A DNA stretch of 64,000 nucleotides from Hydrolagus affinis (Eukaryota): assembly GCA_012026655.1 (NCBI GenBank), contig JAAILG010000675.1, forward strand, positions 1-64,000. Direction: 5' to 3'. Below the pieces are notes generated by a model, which searched no databases, was not told where the DNA came from, and worked only from the letters and a program-made list of their open reading frames with translations. The position numbers and the translations under genes were made by a program. Below are positions 26,735 to 38,296 of this stretch, in pieces. Within the stretch, counting starts at the first letter, position 1; every line of letters starts with the position of its first letter.

Positions 26735-27185
26735 TCAAACTTTGCTCCCCCATTACCCCGTCATTGCCAGACTTCACTGGCTCCCAATCCCAGAGAGGAT
26801 TGATTTCAAGATCCTCACTCACCCTTGTTTTCAAATCCCTCCACTCCTCCGCACCCCCCTACCTCTCCAACCTCCTCAAACCAGTACCGGTTGCCTTTGC
26901 TCCACCGGGTCTGGCCTCCTCCGTGTCCCCTGAATCCTTCACTCCACCATCGGCGACTATGCCTTCATTCACTACGCCCCAAAGCTCTGGAACTCCCTTC
27001 CTCAGTCTCTTCGCCTCGCCTCCTCTCTTCCCAGTTTCAGGTCCCAGCTAAAGACCTTTTACTTCAATTGTGTCTTTGGTCACCTTTCTACCCCTGCCCC
27101 TGGCTCAGTCCCGGGATCCGTTGTTATGAAACACTCTGAGATGCCGTCCAGCATGGAGCTGCATAAATCAAAATTGTTGTTTGTT
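26735..27185 (+). mobile_element. L2 LINE 3' fragment
   Basis: PVIARLHWLPIPERIDFKILTL remnant, followed by a (TTG)n tail. Confidence 0.85.
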
Positions 27186-28026
27186 GGGTACTTGCAGAGG
27201 CCACCTGCAAGTCAGTGATTTGGTGCAGTATGCATGCTTTTACTAAGTGTTGTCTTAAACTGGACAATTTAAGACAAGCACTTGAGTGATATGCTTCACC
27301 TGGCTTTAAGTATCAGTTCTTGGAACGTCACCATAACATTTTGCAAATTGAAGAATTACTTCCTTGTTATACTTGAAGGTTGAGTGAATGAGTACAATTA
27401 TTACATTGTGTGTCAAAAGTATGATTGCACTCATTCTTTGAAAAGACTTTCCTGGTGAACCTTAGATTTTTCTTTTTTAATCTTGATTGCTTGGACGAGT
27501 TTTGGTACTCTTACAAATGCTTAGATCTTATTCCTGCTGATTACAAGTAAACTAAACCTCAGTATTCCCAGGACAAAATTCTTATACGCAGCAGGGTGCA
27601 ACATTGTATCCCAAGGCACTTTTTAAAAAAAAGTGAACATGTTTCACCCACAAAATGTACAGTAAATTAGTGGGTTGTCTCAATGAAATGATAAAGTGTT
27701 AGTTATATCAAATGCAAGGATTATTATATTTGAGGTGAATCCACCCTACACCACTTGCCTGGTTGGGACAAAATTATTCCAATTTGTACGGAGGTTTAAT
27801 GTCTTTTAAAGAATAAAGAAAGCCATTACAGTAATATGCAATGTTCTCTAAATAGTTTTAATCTATAATTAGTTAAATATCTTGTGGTGTTTAACACTGA
27901 AAATTTCTGTTGCAAATCTTTGTGCTTTATTCTTCCTTTTCATCTTTTTGTTAAGTTTTGTTGCTGAAACTGCCTTCCTTTTTCTGTTGCAATGCGTCCT
28001 GATGCTTTTTCTCTCACTTTATGTAG

Positions 28027-28050
28027 TGGATGGAGAGCTGAAATTGTAAC
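28027..28050 (+). CDS. RAB3IP: Candidate 24-nt cassette microexon of RAB3IP
   Basis: Long polypyrimidine tract + TAG acceptor, donor AC|GTAAGT. Phase 2/2, no stop. Inclusion gives GGP-NGWRAEIVT-KCALSG. Confidence 0.75.
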
Positions 28051-30940
28051 GTAAGTGAGCTATTTTCTGCACTTTTCATATTCAGTGGTATACTCTTAAA
28101 AGCAAATCCTGCTTAACACCATTGTTTCTATAACCTAACCAACCAGAATAGATCTTAATACCCCTCCCAGCCCTGTTATAAAAATAGAACGTTTCTGTAG
28201 AAACCTCTTTGTAACCTGTAATGTTGCTCGATTACTTCCTAATAATATTACATAGCTCAACATTGAGGTTGTAAGATGTTTAGTTAAACAGAGCCAGAAA
28301 CTGACATTTGTAGTGAAGAATTTATGAAAACAATAGTTTCTTGAATTTAAAAAAAATTCAGCCAAACCTCCAGAAGCCTCATGTTGGACCACAACAAGTA
28401 TGTTTAATGTACAATTGGTCTGTGGTATGAAAAACTAGTGTTATATTTAGAGTCCTGTACTTCTGCAGCATTTGTTTTTTTAAAAAAAAAGTATGATTGC
28501 TCAGCTTGACACCTAAATATAATCATTAGCAAACAAATAGCCAATAAAAATAGATTTGCTAATTTCTGTGCTTGAGGGTGGTAATATCTGTGGAGGAAAT
28601 TGTGGAATTAGGAGTCTGAATGTTCCAGAATCTTTGCTTAATTGTATGGGGATCAGGAAGCATCTGTGCACAATTTCCTAGAGGAAATGAATGTGGGGGT
28701 GTGCTGATGTCCACAATTATGTTGGTTCTAGTGAGAGAGTGCACATTCCAGTCCAAACATGGGAATTTCCACCTGTAAATGGAATGCTTGGAACTCTTTC
28801 TTATTTGGATACGTAAGCGTGGTGATGGTTTTCTGCATGTGCCTAATACCTGACTGACTCAAAAAAAAGCCACCAGTGATTCCATTATAGGGATTGCCAA
28901 AGTATTTTGACCCAGGAGTATGAGTGTAGCCATGTAGCTATCGATCCATAAGCAGCATGAGGTGACAGCCATGGCTCCACGTGTTTTTCAAAGAGCACAT
29001 CCACAACAAATCGTTACCCACCTATAGACCATGACTACAATTCTGACACACATACATGAGGTATTTGGTTCCTTTTTCTTTCTTGATTTAATGCCGTGCT
29101 GATCTGCCACAAGTACCACTGGAACCTTATGGTAACTTTCTACTTGAGTATCCTGAGCTTCAGAACATTGCAACGTATAGCTTAAGGAATGGGCTCTCAA
29201 CAAGATGACAAGGGTATCCAAAAATACACCTTGTATCCAGAGCAAGATTGGGGCATTTGGGGTTTAGTGGCAGATGTTCGTGGACCCAGAAAAATAGCTG
29301 TGATTCTCAGGCAGAGGGGTGTATGTTTGCAAGATTTAGTCAGAGGGAATGATTCTGGTTAACTTGATTTCAGATCTTCCCTACGTTCCTTCAGATTTCT
29401 ATTCTATTTTACCTGATCACTAATGCAAAATGTTAATACAGATGAAGGACTGAATACAGTACAATGACCCACAGAACCCTTAAATTACACCATAGTTTAT
29501 TGATGGTTTATATCCAAGCAATCTTGACACACCTGCAAATCATATTGAGAGTTCATGGTGGATATATTGGTGTGCAGAATCATGAAAGGAAGATTCAAGG
29601 TGGAGCTACTTAATCCCATCAAATTAATTTAGAGGATTTCCCAAGTGATATCTGCAGCCTTATCTATTTGGAACAAAGGGCATGTCTTCACAAAACATTA
29701 TTATCTAGATCTTGGAATTCAGGAAAACAAGCACATCCAGCACTGACCTGCAAAAAGTTTTTTTTGGGAGTATAAAGGTCAAAGCTACAAAGTGTTTCCC
29801 ATTCTCCCTTGTGGAAGATAGCAAATTATAGAGATCAGTTAATTTAAAAACATGAGAAGATTGTATCCATGATATGTAATCAGCAATGTTTCTGGCAATC
29901 ATTACATTTATTTTATGTGAGGCATGAGTGCATAGAATCTAGTTCTAATACAAACCATTGAATAAATGAGTATTTTAAATCGGATTGAATTTGACAGTGA
30001 CTTGTTTCAGAGAATAAATATAATTGTGTATAAATATAATTGTGTCTTTTGGTCTTACCAGAGTTTACCTTGAGAGAATCCACTATTTCTGCTTTTTCTC
30101 CCACTCTGGCTGTTTTGAGTTAACCATTCCACACAATGAGAATTTATGTGATTTTGTTTACTGCTTGATCACTCAGTTTTGTGAACCTATTGTTGATAAA
30201 AAAAAATGTTATTTTAAAGATGTACCTCTTTGACTGCAGTTTGAGTTCTCTTTCTCTTCTTCCTCTTTGAGTGTCCAGCCAACAGTATTGAGTGCTGTGA
30301 GACATACTCCGACATTAAAAGTGTTATATAAACATAATTATATTGAATGTTATACTAAAATATTTTTGCCTGAGACCTATAAGTCTAAATTAATAATTTA
30401 CTCGACACTTCTGTGATACAAGTATTTTCATTTGCAGACAGGTAGCAAAATGCAGCATTGTGAACTGTGTGTTCTCTTATGGGCTTAAAATTTTCCATCT
30501 CCTGTTGACACATCTGCAGAGCCATATGACCCAGAGACACAGCATTATGCAGTTATATGCTGCCCAATTATCTACTTGATGAATAAAGAGCAGCTATGAA
30601 AGGGTGGGCAGGTGTGAGAAACATAAATGGTTAATATAGGAAAACACAAATATAGTTATACAGTAGGATTTTCAATGTAATTAAAATTCTTCCTGTGACA
30701 TTTTTTATTACTGTATCTTAAAAAATCCAAATATTGCAAGGCAACAGATTATTTTACAGCACAAAAAAGTATACAAATTCTGTGTCTTCCCCAAACACAT
30801 ACCTCCATCTGAGATGACTGTTACATTGTATACAGCATTTCCTATCTTAATCAGTTCAAAATACTTGTTGCTCTGCATTAATCTATTTGTGCCTATGACT
30901 TCTCCATATTCTCCCTCCTGCTTTTCATGGGCATGTCCAG

Positions 30941-31118
30941 ACTTGTCAGAGGCAAACCTATAAAACCGTTATTGCAACTTGATCCTAGTAGCTTTGAAGA
31001 ACGTCACACCCAAAACATTAGGCTATTGTTCCTCATCATTTATTTCTGTACATTTTCAGTTGTGTACAGTTTGTTTAACTTCATTTATGATTCTGTCTAC
31101 TATTCAGGGGGACATTAA
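30941..31118 (+). CDS. Candidate alternative terminal exon of RAB3IP encoding a hydrophobic C-terminal tail
   Basis: Pyrimidine-rich tract (30900-30926) + CCAG acceptor in phase 2, matching exon 8 or the microexon. Open to TAA at 31118. AATAAA at 31768-31773. Confidence 0.35.
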
Positions 31119-32258
31119 AGAGCACATGGCACTATTTGGGAGGGGAGTTTCTGTTGGTGTCCTGGCCAAAAATGCACTAAATAACAATGGACATTCACTT
31201 TAACTGCTTCTGTGACATTGTAGTGTATAAATTGGCTGCCGGCTTTGCTTACAAAATGCACAGTCACTATACTTTTCATTATATTCCAGCCATATAATTG
31301 AAGCATCAAATCCCATTAAAGAAAGGTGAATAGATTTTGAAAAACCTACCTACACTTTCATTACTATAATTTTTTTCATTCTTGAATTTTTTAAATCTAT
31401 TATTCATGAACTATGTAAATGAGTTATGAAATTCAACATTGCATTGTACATAAAACTGACTGTGAACATTAAGATATGCATGGATAAACATAGACCCGAG
31501 GGCATTTTTTTTTGGCTTGCTGTTTTAGTTGCAAAACAAAATTGTGCTCCTTAGTGTTTAATCCATTAACTAAATATTCGGTGTTTTAATGTGGTGCTAT
31601 CACTTGAAATGCATTGTAAGCTAAATTTTGAAACACATGATCATTGTGCAGTATGTACAATTTATCCATCAAGTACTGTGTTTAAATTAAATGTTTTGTC
31701 ACGTTCCATGCTTGTGTTAGCTCATTACATTTTATTGCCTTGCATCCTAATGGCATGCCGATGAATGAATAAAGCATATACAATTTTGTGTAGGCTGTTT
31801 TAGTAAGAAGGATGTTTTTAGTGCAGGTCCATTCCATAATATGTATGTTAATGTGAATTTGTTCTCAATGTATGAAAATGTACCAGAAGCAGTTTAAATC
31901 TTACTTTATCCAATATATATTTCATTTTGCTAAGAATTAAATGTATTTTTAATTTGTCTGCTTGTACCTATAGTGAATAACCACAAGAGTTAATTCATGA
32001 CTTCTTGTTTATCAACTCAATTTGTATGTTTTCATTTGACTGAGAAAAAAATCCTTTCTGCTAGAACTGCAGAAAAACAGCCAAGTTACAATATATCACA
32101 GAATCTCACACAATTATGTATTTCAGGAATAAAATGTGACCCCCAATTTTTTTTTGTTAATTTGCAGCTCATGCACTCAGACTAAGTGTCCCTTGATATT
32201 CATTTTAATGTCACTGAGATGTTGAGTAACTTTATTACTGTAATTATATAACAATGGA

Positions 32259-32566
32259 GTGGAATCCTGCAGTTCAGTAGTTAGAGCATTTGCCTTACAA
32301 GCGAGAGACCTGGGTTCAATTCCCAGCAGGGCAAAACCTTGGGCAAGTTTCCTTATTCTGCATGGCTAATAATAATCCCTCACAAAACAATAATAAATTA
32401 GTAATTTTCAATCCATGATTCTTTGTGAGACACTGCTGTGTGCAATTGGCTATCGCGTTTCGTCCACAAAAATACAGTCAGTTCACTTCAGAATATTCTG
32501 TGAAGCGCTTTGAAATGTCAAGAAGACGTGAAAAGCTCTGTATCAAATGCAACAATTATTAGTATT
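32259..32566 (+). mobile_element. tRNA/Deu SINE, full length
   Basis: Head GTGGAATCCTGCAGTTCAGTAGTTAGAGC...GGTTCAATTCCC, plus core and tail. Confidence 0.88.
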
Positions 32567-32796
32567 ATAATATCCTGTGAAGCGCTACAGGACTTCTCCT
32601 GAGATGGAAGAAGCTATATCAAATGGAAAAATTATTAATGGCTACCTGGCTCAGTTGTTAGCACTCTGGCCTCTGATTTAGAAGATTATGAACTCATGCG
32701 ATCTAGGTCAGTGGTGGGCCAAGATCATATGCCTCTTCCCCCTCCAAAAAAGAATTTGTATTAGTCTAGGTGATACCATATTCAATTAATTCAATT

Positions 32797-33147
32797 GTTC
32801 TGACGAAGGGTTGTGGACCCGAAATGTTGACTCACTTTCCTTTCTCCATAGATGCTGCCTGACCTGCTGAGTGTTTCCAGCGATTTCTGTTTTTGTTTTA
32901 GATTTCCAGCATCTTCAGTATTTTGTATTTTTGTTCATGTTCAATTAATGTTATGTTTCCAGTTTGTCTTGATTAAATATTTCTTGATTTATGGCATAAA
33001 TCAAGATGTATTCAATCAAGAATATTTTGTGGGCTGACCAAAAAGACGCTGGAAGTCTGAAAGAAAAACAGAAATCGCTGGGAACACTCAGCAGGTCAGG
33101 AAGCATCTAAGAAGAAAGGAAAGTGGGTCCGTGCCCTTTGACAGAAC
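32797..33147. repeat. Inverted pair of Penelope-like terminal repeats
   Basis: CTGACGAAGGG...GATGCTGCCTGACCTGCTGAGTGTTTCCAGCGATTTCTG (+, 32797-32913) and its reverse complement (33045-33147). Other copies lie at about 10938-11015 and 62163-62250. The family name is inference. Confidence 0.7.
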
Positions 33148-33311
33148 TTCAATCATTCATTGACTTTGTTTAACTGGTGGTGTGTGTCAGACTAAAAAGC
33201 AATAGTTTTACAGTTTATCGAATTAATCACTTTGCATTTGATCATAATTGTGTAATTCAGTATAACTTCCAGTACTGATCAACCTTTAATGTTTTGCGAT
33301 GTCTTTTACAG

Positions 33312-33411
33312 AAAGTGTGCTCTGAGTGGTCAAACTAAAACCTGTAAACACCGAATTAAATTAGGGGATTCCAGTAGCTACTACTATGTGTCACCATTTT
33401 GTAGATACAGG
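33312..33411 (+). CDS. RAB3IP: RAB3IP exon 9
   Basis: [33 protein letters not shown]. Donor AGG|GTAAGT. Confidence 0.97.
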
Positions 33412-33534
33412 GTAAGTGATGATAAACCCTTTGGTGATTTATCCTACGCTACTTTATTCTTTAGAAAATACCGATAGCCAGCTAATCTATACATCGCTTG
33501 TCTGTAACCTAGAAATTTATTTTTGATTTTCTAG

Positions 33535-33604
33535 ATTATGTCTGTATGCAACTTCTTCACTTATATTCGGTATATTCAGCAGGGATTAGTTAAACAACAG
33601 GATG
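33535..33604 (+). CDS. RAB3IP: RAB3IP exon 10
   Basis: IMSVCNFFTYIRYIQQGLVKQQD. Donor G|GTAAGT, phase 1. Confidence 0.97.
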
Positions 33605-35012
33605 GTAAGTAATAATTCTCGAAAACCATAATTGTATTTTAAATCTGGTATTGATGGTTATTAAGGATGTACTATTCACATTTGGTTATCTACTACTGAT
33701 GAATTCTTACTGTAGGTAAGAATATGTTGCATAACTGGCTAAAGATCTGAAGGAGTACACCCATTGTTTTCCTGAAGATATAGTAGAAATTAAGTGTCTC
33801 AAAATGAAATTATATAATCCTATTTAAATAACTTCAGTACATGAACATAGGATTTACCTAAATTCTTTTTGTACTTGCATACCCCCAAATGATTGATTTA
33901 TCACTAATTGTTTCAAACTGTGAAGATGAAGTTTGTGTTGCGCTGTATTTAAAAAAAACTAAGCCAAATTGTCTTAATTCTCTCAAAATGCTTCATTTTA
34001 ATCCTGACACCAAATTCTTGGATAAATGCTTCATTGTGTGTTCTCTTTCTATTGTTTTTTAAAGTCTTTGGCATACTAGTAATACATGATAATTGATTTT
34101 GTGCCAAATCTATGGAACTAATAGTTATTTTGAGCCTTAACAAAATATTTGTTTTGAAGGGTGTTTACTTAAAGTATATTCACTAAACAAAGTTACATTT
34201 TGTTTATAGGAAGTGCAATACATCTTTGTAAAATTACTTTTATAAGTAATTTAAAGTTGCCCTTTAGAAGACAATGTCTACCAAACACTAAACTACAAAA
34301 TTGGAACCAGATATTTTGGCTGGAAAACAGTTATTATAACAGTATTCTAAAATAAACAACACCAACCTTCTTAATACTTTTATGGTTGTAATTAATACCA
34401 TTAGAAGAATAGGTTTCAATGAGCTAAATGCCTTTTCTTATCCATAATATTTAATGTTTTTATGCAGTCTCTTTAAAATATGCAAATTGTTACTGATTAA
34501 CATTGAATAATAGTTTTTATATTACTACATAATTTGGCTATTGAATATATTATGGCCAGTATGTAATTAATTTAAATTGTTTAAAAAATTTCAAAAATAT
34601 AAATGCTAAGCTCTTTATTTTTCCCAATACTAAGAAAAATACTTAAGGAATTTCAGATGAACATTGTAAATATAATTTAAAAATAATAATTATTATCCTT
34701 GCGTTTGATATAGCGCTTTTCATGTCTTCTATACGTCTCAAAGCGCTTCACAGAATATACTGTAAAGTGAATTGTCTGTATATTTTATTATTATAAATTG
34801 CACACATTTTTAGATTGTTTAAATGTGTCAAACTGTTACCGTATATACAGCACATTGGGACCTCCTCCTGACATGAAAGACGCACTATAAATGTAATTTT
34901 ATTTGTGTGTATTTGTATATTTGTACAATTATGACATATTTGGTTTGCCAAATTTAAGTGTTTCTTACACTGATTTTGAAGTTCTTTTTTGATTTTTGTT
35001 TTATTTTTATAG

Positions 35013-35095
35013 TTGAACAAATGTTCTGGGAAGTGATGCATCTGAGAAAAGAAATGTCACTGGCCAAACTGGGATTTTACAAGGAGGAACTCTGA
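35013..35095 (+). CDS. RAB3IP: RAB3IP last coding exon
   Basis: [27 protein letters not shown]-stop, the canonical Rabin8 C-terminus. Spliced CDS is 1377 nt = 458 aa. Confidence 0.97.
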
Positions 35096-35390
35096 GATAC
35101 AAGTCACAAAAATGCATGAGCTTTAAAGAGTGATCAACACTAACGTGGTTAGAAAGCTGCATTGTACCTAATATTTATTTTCCTTGTCGCTGGTCAACAA
35201 TCCTTTAGCGTTTTTTCCCAACAGCTGCACTTAATAAGTGCTGTCATAGCTGAAGTGTGAAGGAACTAAAAGCACTCCTATTTTGTTGTAAGCATTTAAC
35301 TTTTGTCATTTAAGAACTGTTTAAGCATTTACAACTGTATCAGTGGCTTTGCATAGAAAATGAGATTGTGGCTGTAATGAGAGCTGCTGA

Positions 35391-35396
35391 AATAAA
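35391..35396 (+). terminator. Candidate proximal polyadenylation signal of RAB3IP
   Basis: AATAAA about 300 nt after the stop, followed by T/GT-rich sequence. A second AATAAA lies at 36264-36269. Confidence 0.4.
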
Positions 35397-35640
35397 TTTT
35401 GACCTCAGTTTTGTGAAAGATTGAATACTTTTTGTGTATTTTCTTGTTATTTTCATAAAGACAGTTTCTCTAAATTTATTTGACCACATGTTTACTTTTC
35501 CTTCTTAGATTATTAATTCAAACGTTCCATCATTGAACTCTAGTCAGTAATGGTTTAGTTTAATTGCAAATGTGCATTTTAAATAATCTCAGCACACTTT
35601 CTAAAAACAGTTTAAGTAGTAATAATATTAATATTCCTTT

Positions 35641-36233
35641 AAGTTGATATAGCGCTTTTCACGTCTTCTAGAGGAGTGATTCTCAACCAGGGGTACATGG
35701 GGATACAAAATTACTTCCAGGGGGTTCAGGTGGCGGTACATTGATTTATTTAGCTCTCTTATTTAGCATTTTATAGTCTTCCAAATTGTATATTGTTATT
35801 CCCCTCGTTTTGTAAGTGCTAGTTATTTTGTTATATAGAAAAGCTTGGTCATAAAATGCAAATGGAATGAGGGGGGTTTTGTGTGTATATGGTTGGGTGG
35901 GGGTATATGATAATGTTGAAAATTAACAAGGGGTACATTACTGAAAAAGGTTGAGAACCACTGTTCTAGATGTCTCGAAACGCTTCACAGAATATACCTC
36001 AAAGTGGATTGACTGTATATTTGTGGGCGAAACGCAGCAACCAATTGCGCACAGCAGGGTCTCACAAAGAGTCGTGGATTGAAATGACCAATTTATTATT
36101 GTTTTTTTTTTAAGGATTCTTATTAGGCGGGTGGAGTAATGAAACTTGCCCTCGGTTTCGCCCTGCCTGTAATTGAACCCAGGTCTCTCACTTGTTAGGC
36201 GAGTACTCTAATCTCTGAGTTACAGGACTCCAC
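35641..36233 (-). mobile_element. tRNA/Deu SINE interrupted by a hAT MITE
   Basis: The SINE tail (35641-35673) and the remainder (35964-36233) rejoin seamlessly across the insertion. Confidence 0.85.
35674..35963. mobile_element. hAT/Charlie-type MITE
   Basis: TIRs GAGTGATTCTCAACC / GGTTGAGAACCACTG. 8-bp TSD TTCTAGAG / TTCTAGAT. Confidence 0.85.
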
Positions 36234-37099
36234 AGTAACTCAAATTTATAGTAAATTTACATCAATAAAATAGTCTAACATGATTGCATTTATTCTACAT
36301 TATTGGAGGTGTTACTGAAATAATTGTTCTGATAATTCTAATACTGGATATGAATAATTCATATATAAATATATTGCAATTGAAACACTGATATCATTCA
36401 ATTGATTTGGAAAAACTTATATCATAGTTGTTTGGATGATATTTGGTGAGAGAACAATATAACCTCCTGTGTGGCCCTTCTATTTCTCAAATCTACTATA
36501 CCTTTCTTTCCTTCGGTATCTTTCTTCATATTCTTTTCTCCCATATTTAGCATCACTTGGTTTCATGTTTTTCTCTTTGCATTCTCAACAATAATACATA
36601 TTTATATAGTGTCCATCTTGCTCGGTAGCAGCATCTTACGCTCCTGTTGGGTAAGAGAATGAACAGTAGCTTTTGCGTTAGTATCCAGGAACGAACGATT
36701 TGTGGTTGACTTTGAAGGTGTCGGTCAGCAATGGGACCTGTTTCCCATCGCACAAAAACATTAAAAAATATTCATTTGTAAAGAGAAGCAGTACTTTTCA
36801 TTGAAAATGTCTCCTTGACTCCTTGATGGTATGTATTCAAACAAAAATATGGTTGGATTGAAGTGGATAATCCTCCCTTCAGAGATATTCATCCTGCATA
36901 ACATCATTTACCATTTTCACAGACGTTTCTTAAATCTTATTATTTGGTAGCATCAGGATATTGCATGATATTGTGACAATCTCATGAACAAAATAAGAGA
37001 TCAAGAACAAGAATCTTAAAATATAAGACTATATCTCAATGATGTCTTCAATTTGAAGCCTTGGCTGCAAAACTATTAACATCAAGCAAGGTGACAATT

Positions 37100-37460
37100 G
37101 TTAGCTGACTCAGTAAGTAGCACTCTTGAGTTAGAATGTTGTGTGTTCAGATTACGCATTAAATAAGCTCATATTGTCAGGGTTTAGGTGATATTATAAG
37201 TTGAGATCCTGCTGGCAGTATTCAAAAAGAAAGTTGAGTTTCTCCCAGTGTTCTGGCTGACAATCCCCAGATAAACTAGGTAATTCACTTCATAGCTATT
37301 TGTGGGACATTGCTGTGCACAAATTGGTTGCACATTCACCTACAGACACAGTCAATACACTTCACAATAAATTCAGTGAAATGAGATGTCACTGAAGATG
37401 TCACTTGAGAGTCTTGACAACAGGATAAGGCACAATATGAAATGCAAGCATTATTATGCG
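37100..37460 (+). mobile_element. Older, diverged Deu-domain SINE
   Basis: Core TTTGTGGGACATTGCTGTGCACAAATTGG with a different head and body. Similar copy at about 62410-62765. Confidence 0.55.
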
Positions 37461-38080
37461 CATCGTGTCACTTGTATCACATGTGGAAATGTAGGTGCTC
37501 TCGAGTTTTCCTCTCCCTTTGCCACTTCAGCATTAACTTTAATTCATCAAATTCATCACTGTCAGTGTTGACTGAGTATTTAAATAGCAACATGAAATAA
37601 TCCACAATCTTCCATCAAAGTTTTTGTTATTCAATATAACTTGAGGTCACTGTTTTAGCAGACATGTTGGCCTCCTCATTGAAACATACTTGCTAAGCAT
37701 TCTACTTTGGAGAAATCACCTACAATGAATAAAGTACAACTGGATAATTCACCTCAGTTTAAGTCTTCAATGTTCTGAATATTCTCATCTTGTGCATGTT
37801 ACAATGGATAGAAGTAGGGGCATTTTTTCATGTAATTTCTTTTGTTTACAAAGTCCAATATGTTTTCATATACTGTACATTGAATATTTTGGATAATTTG
37901 GGATGTTTTATGGGATATGATAATTTGGTAAAAATTGACTTCATTTGCTTGAAATCGAAAGACAAGTAGAGTGATAAGAAGGGGAGAGTTGCATGTGGCG
38001 GTGCTCAATATACTGAAGAGGGGCAGGTGCCTTGAACATATCCTATTTAGGGTGTAGGGCTTTAAACATTAACCAAGGTA

Positions 38081-38296
38081 CAGTAAAAGCCCATTTATTG
38101 GGACCTGGCCAATGCTGGTTAAAGCGCGTGCCGGATATTCGGCCGAAAACGCAAAAAAAAAAGTTTTTTAAAAAAAATGTATTTCAATGCATTTTCCCAG
38201 ATAAATTCCGGTTAATTGAATGCGGACCTTTTTTTTGCGATGCTGTTTATACGGAAGTTACCGTTGATTGGGTGCCGGATAAACAGGCTTTTACTG
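38081..38296. mobile_element. Tigger-like MITE
   Basis: TA|CAGTAAAAGCCCATTTAT ... ATAAACAGGCTTTTACTG|TA. Confidence 0.85.
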
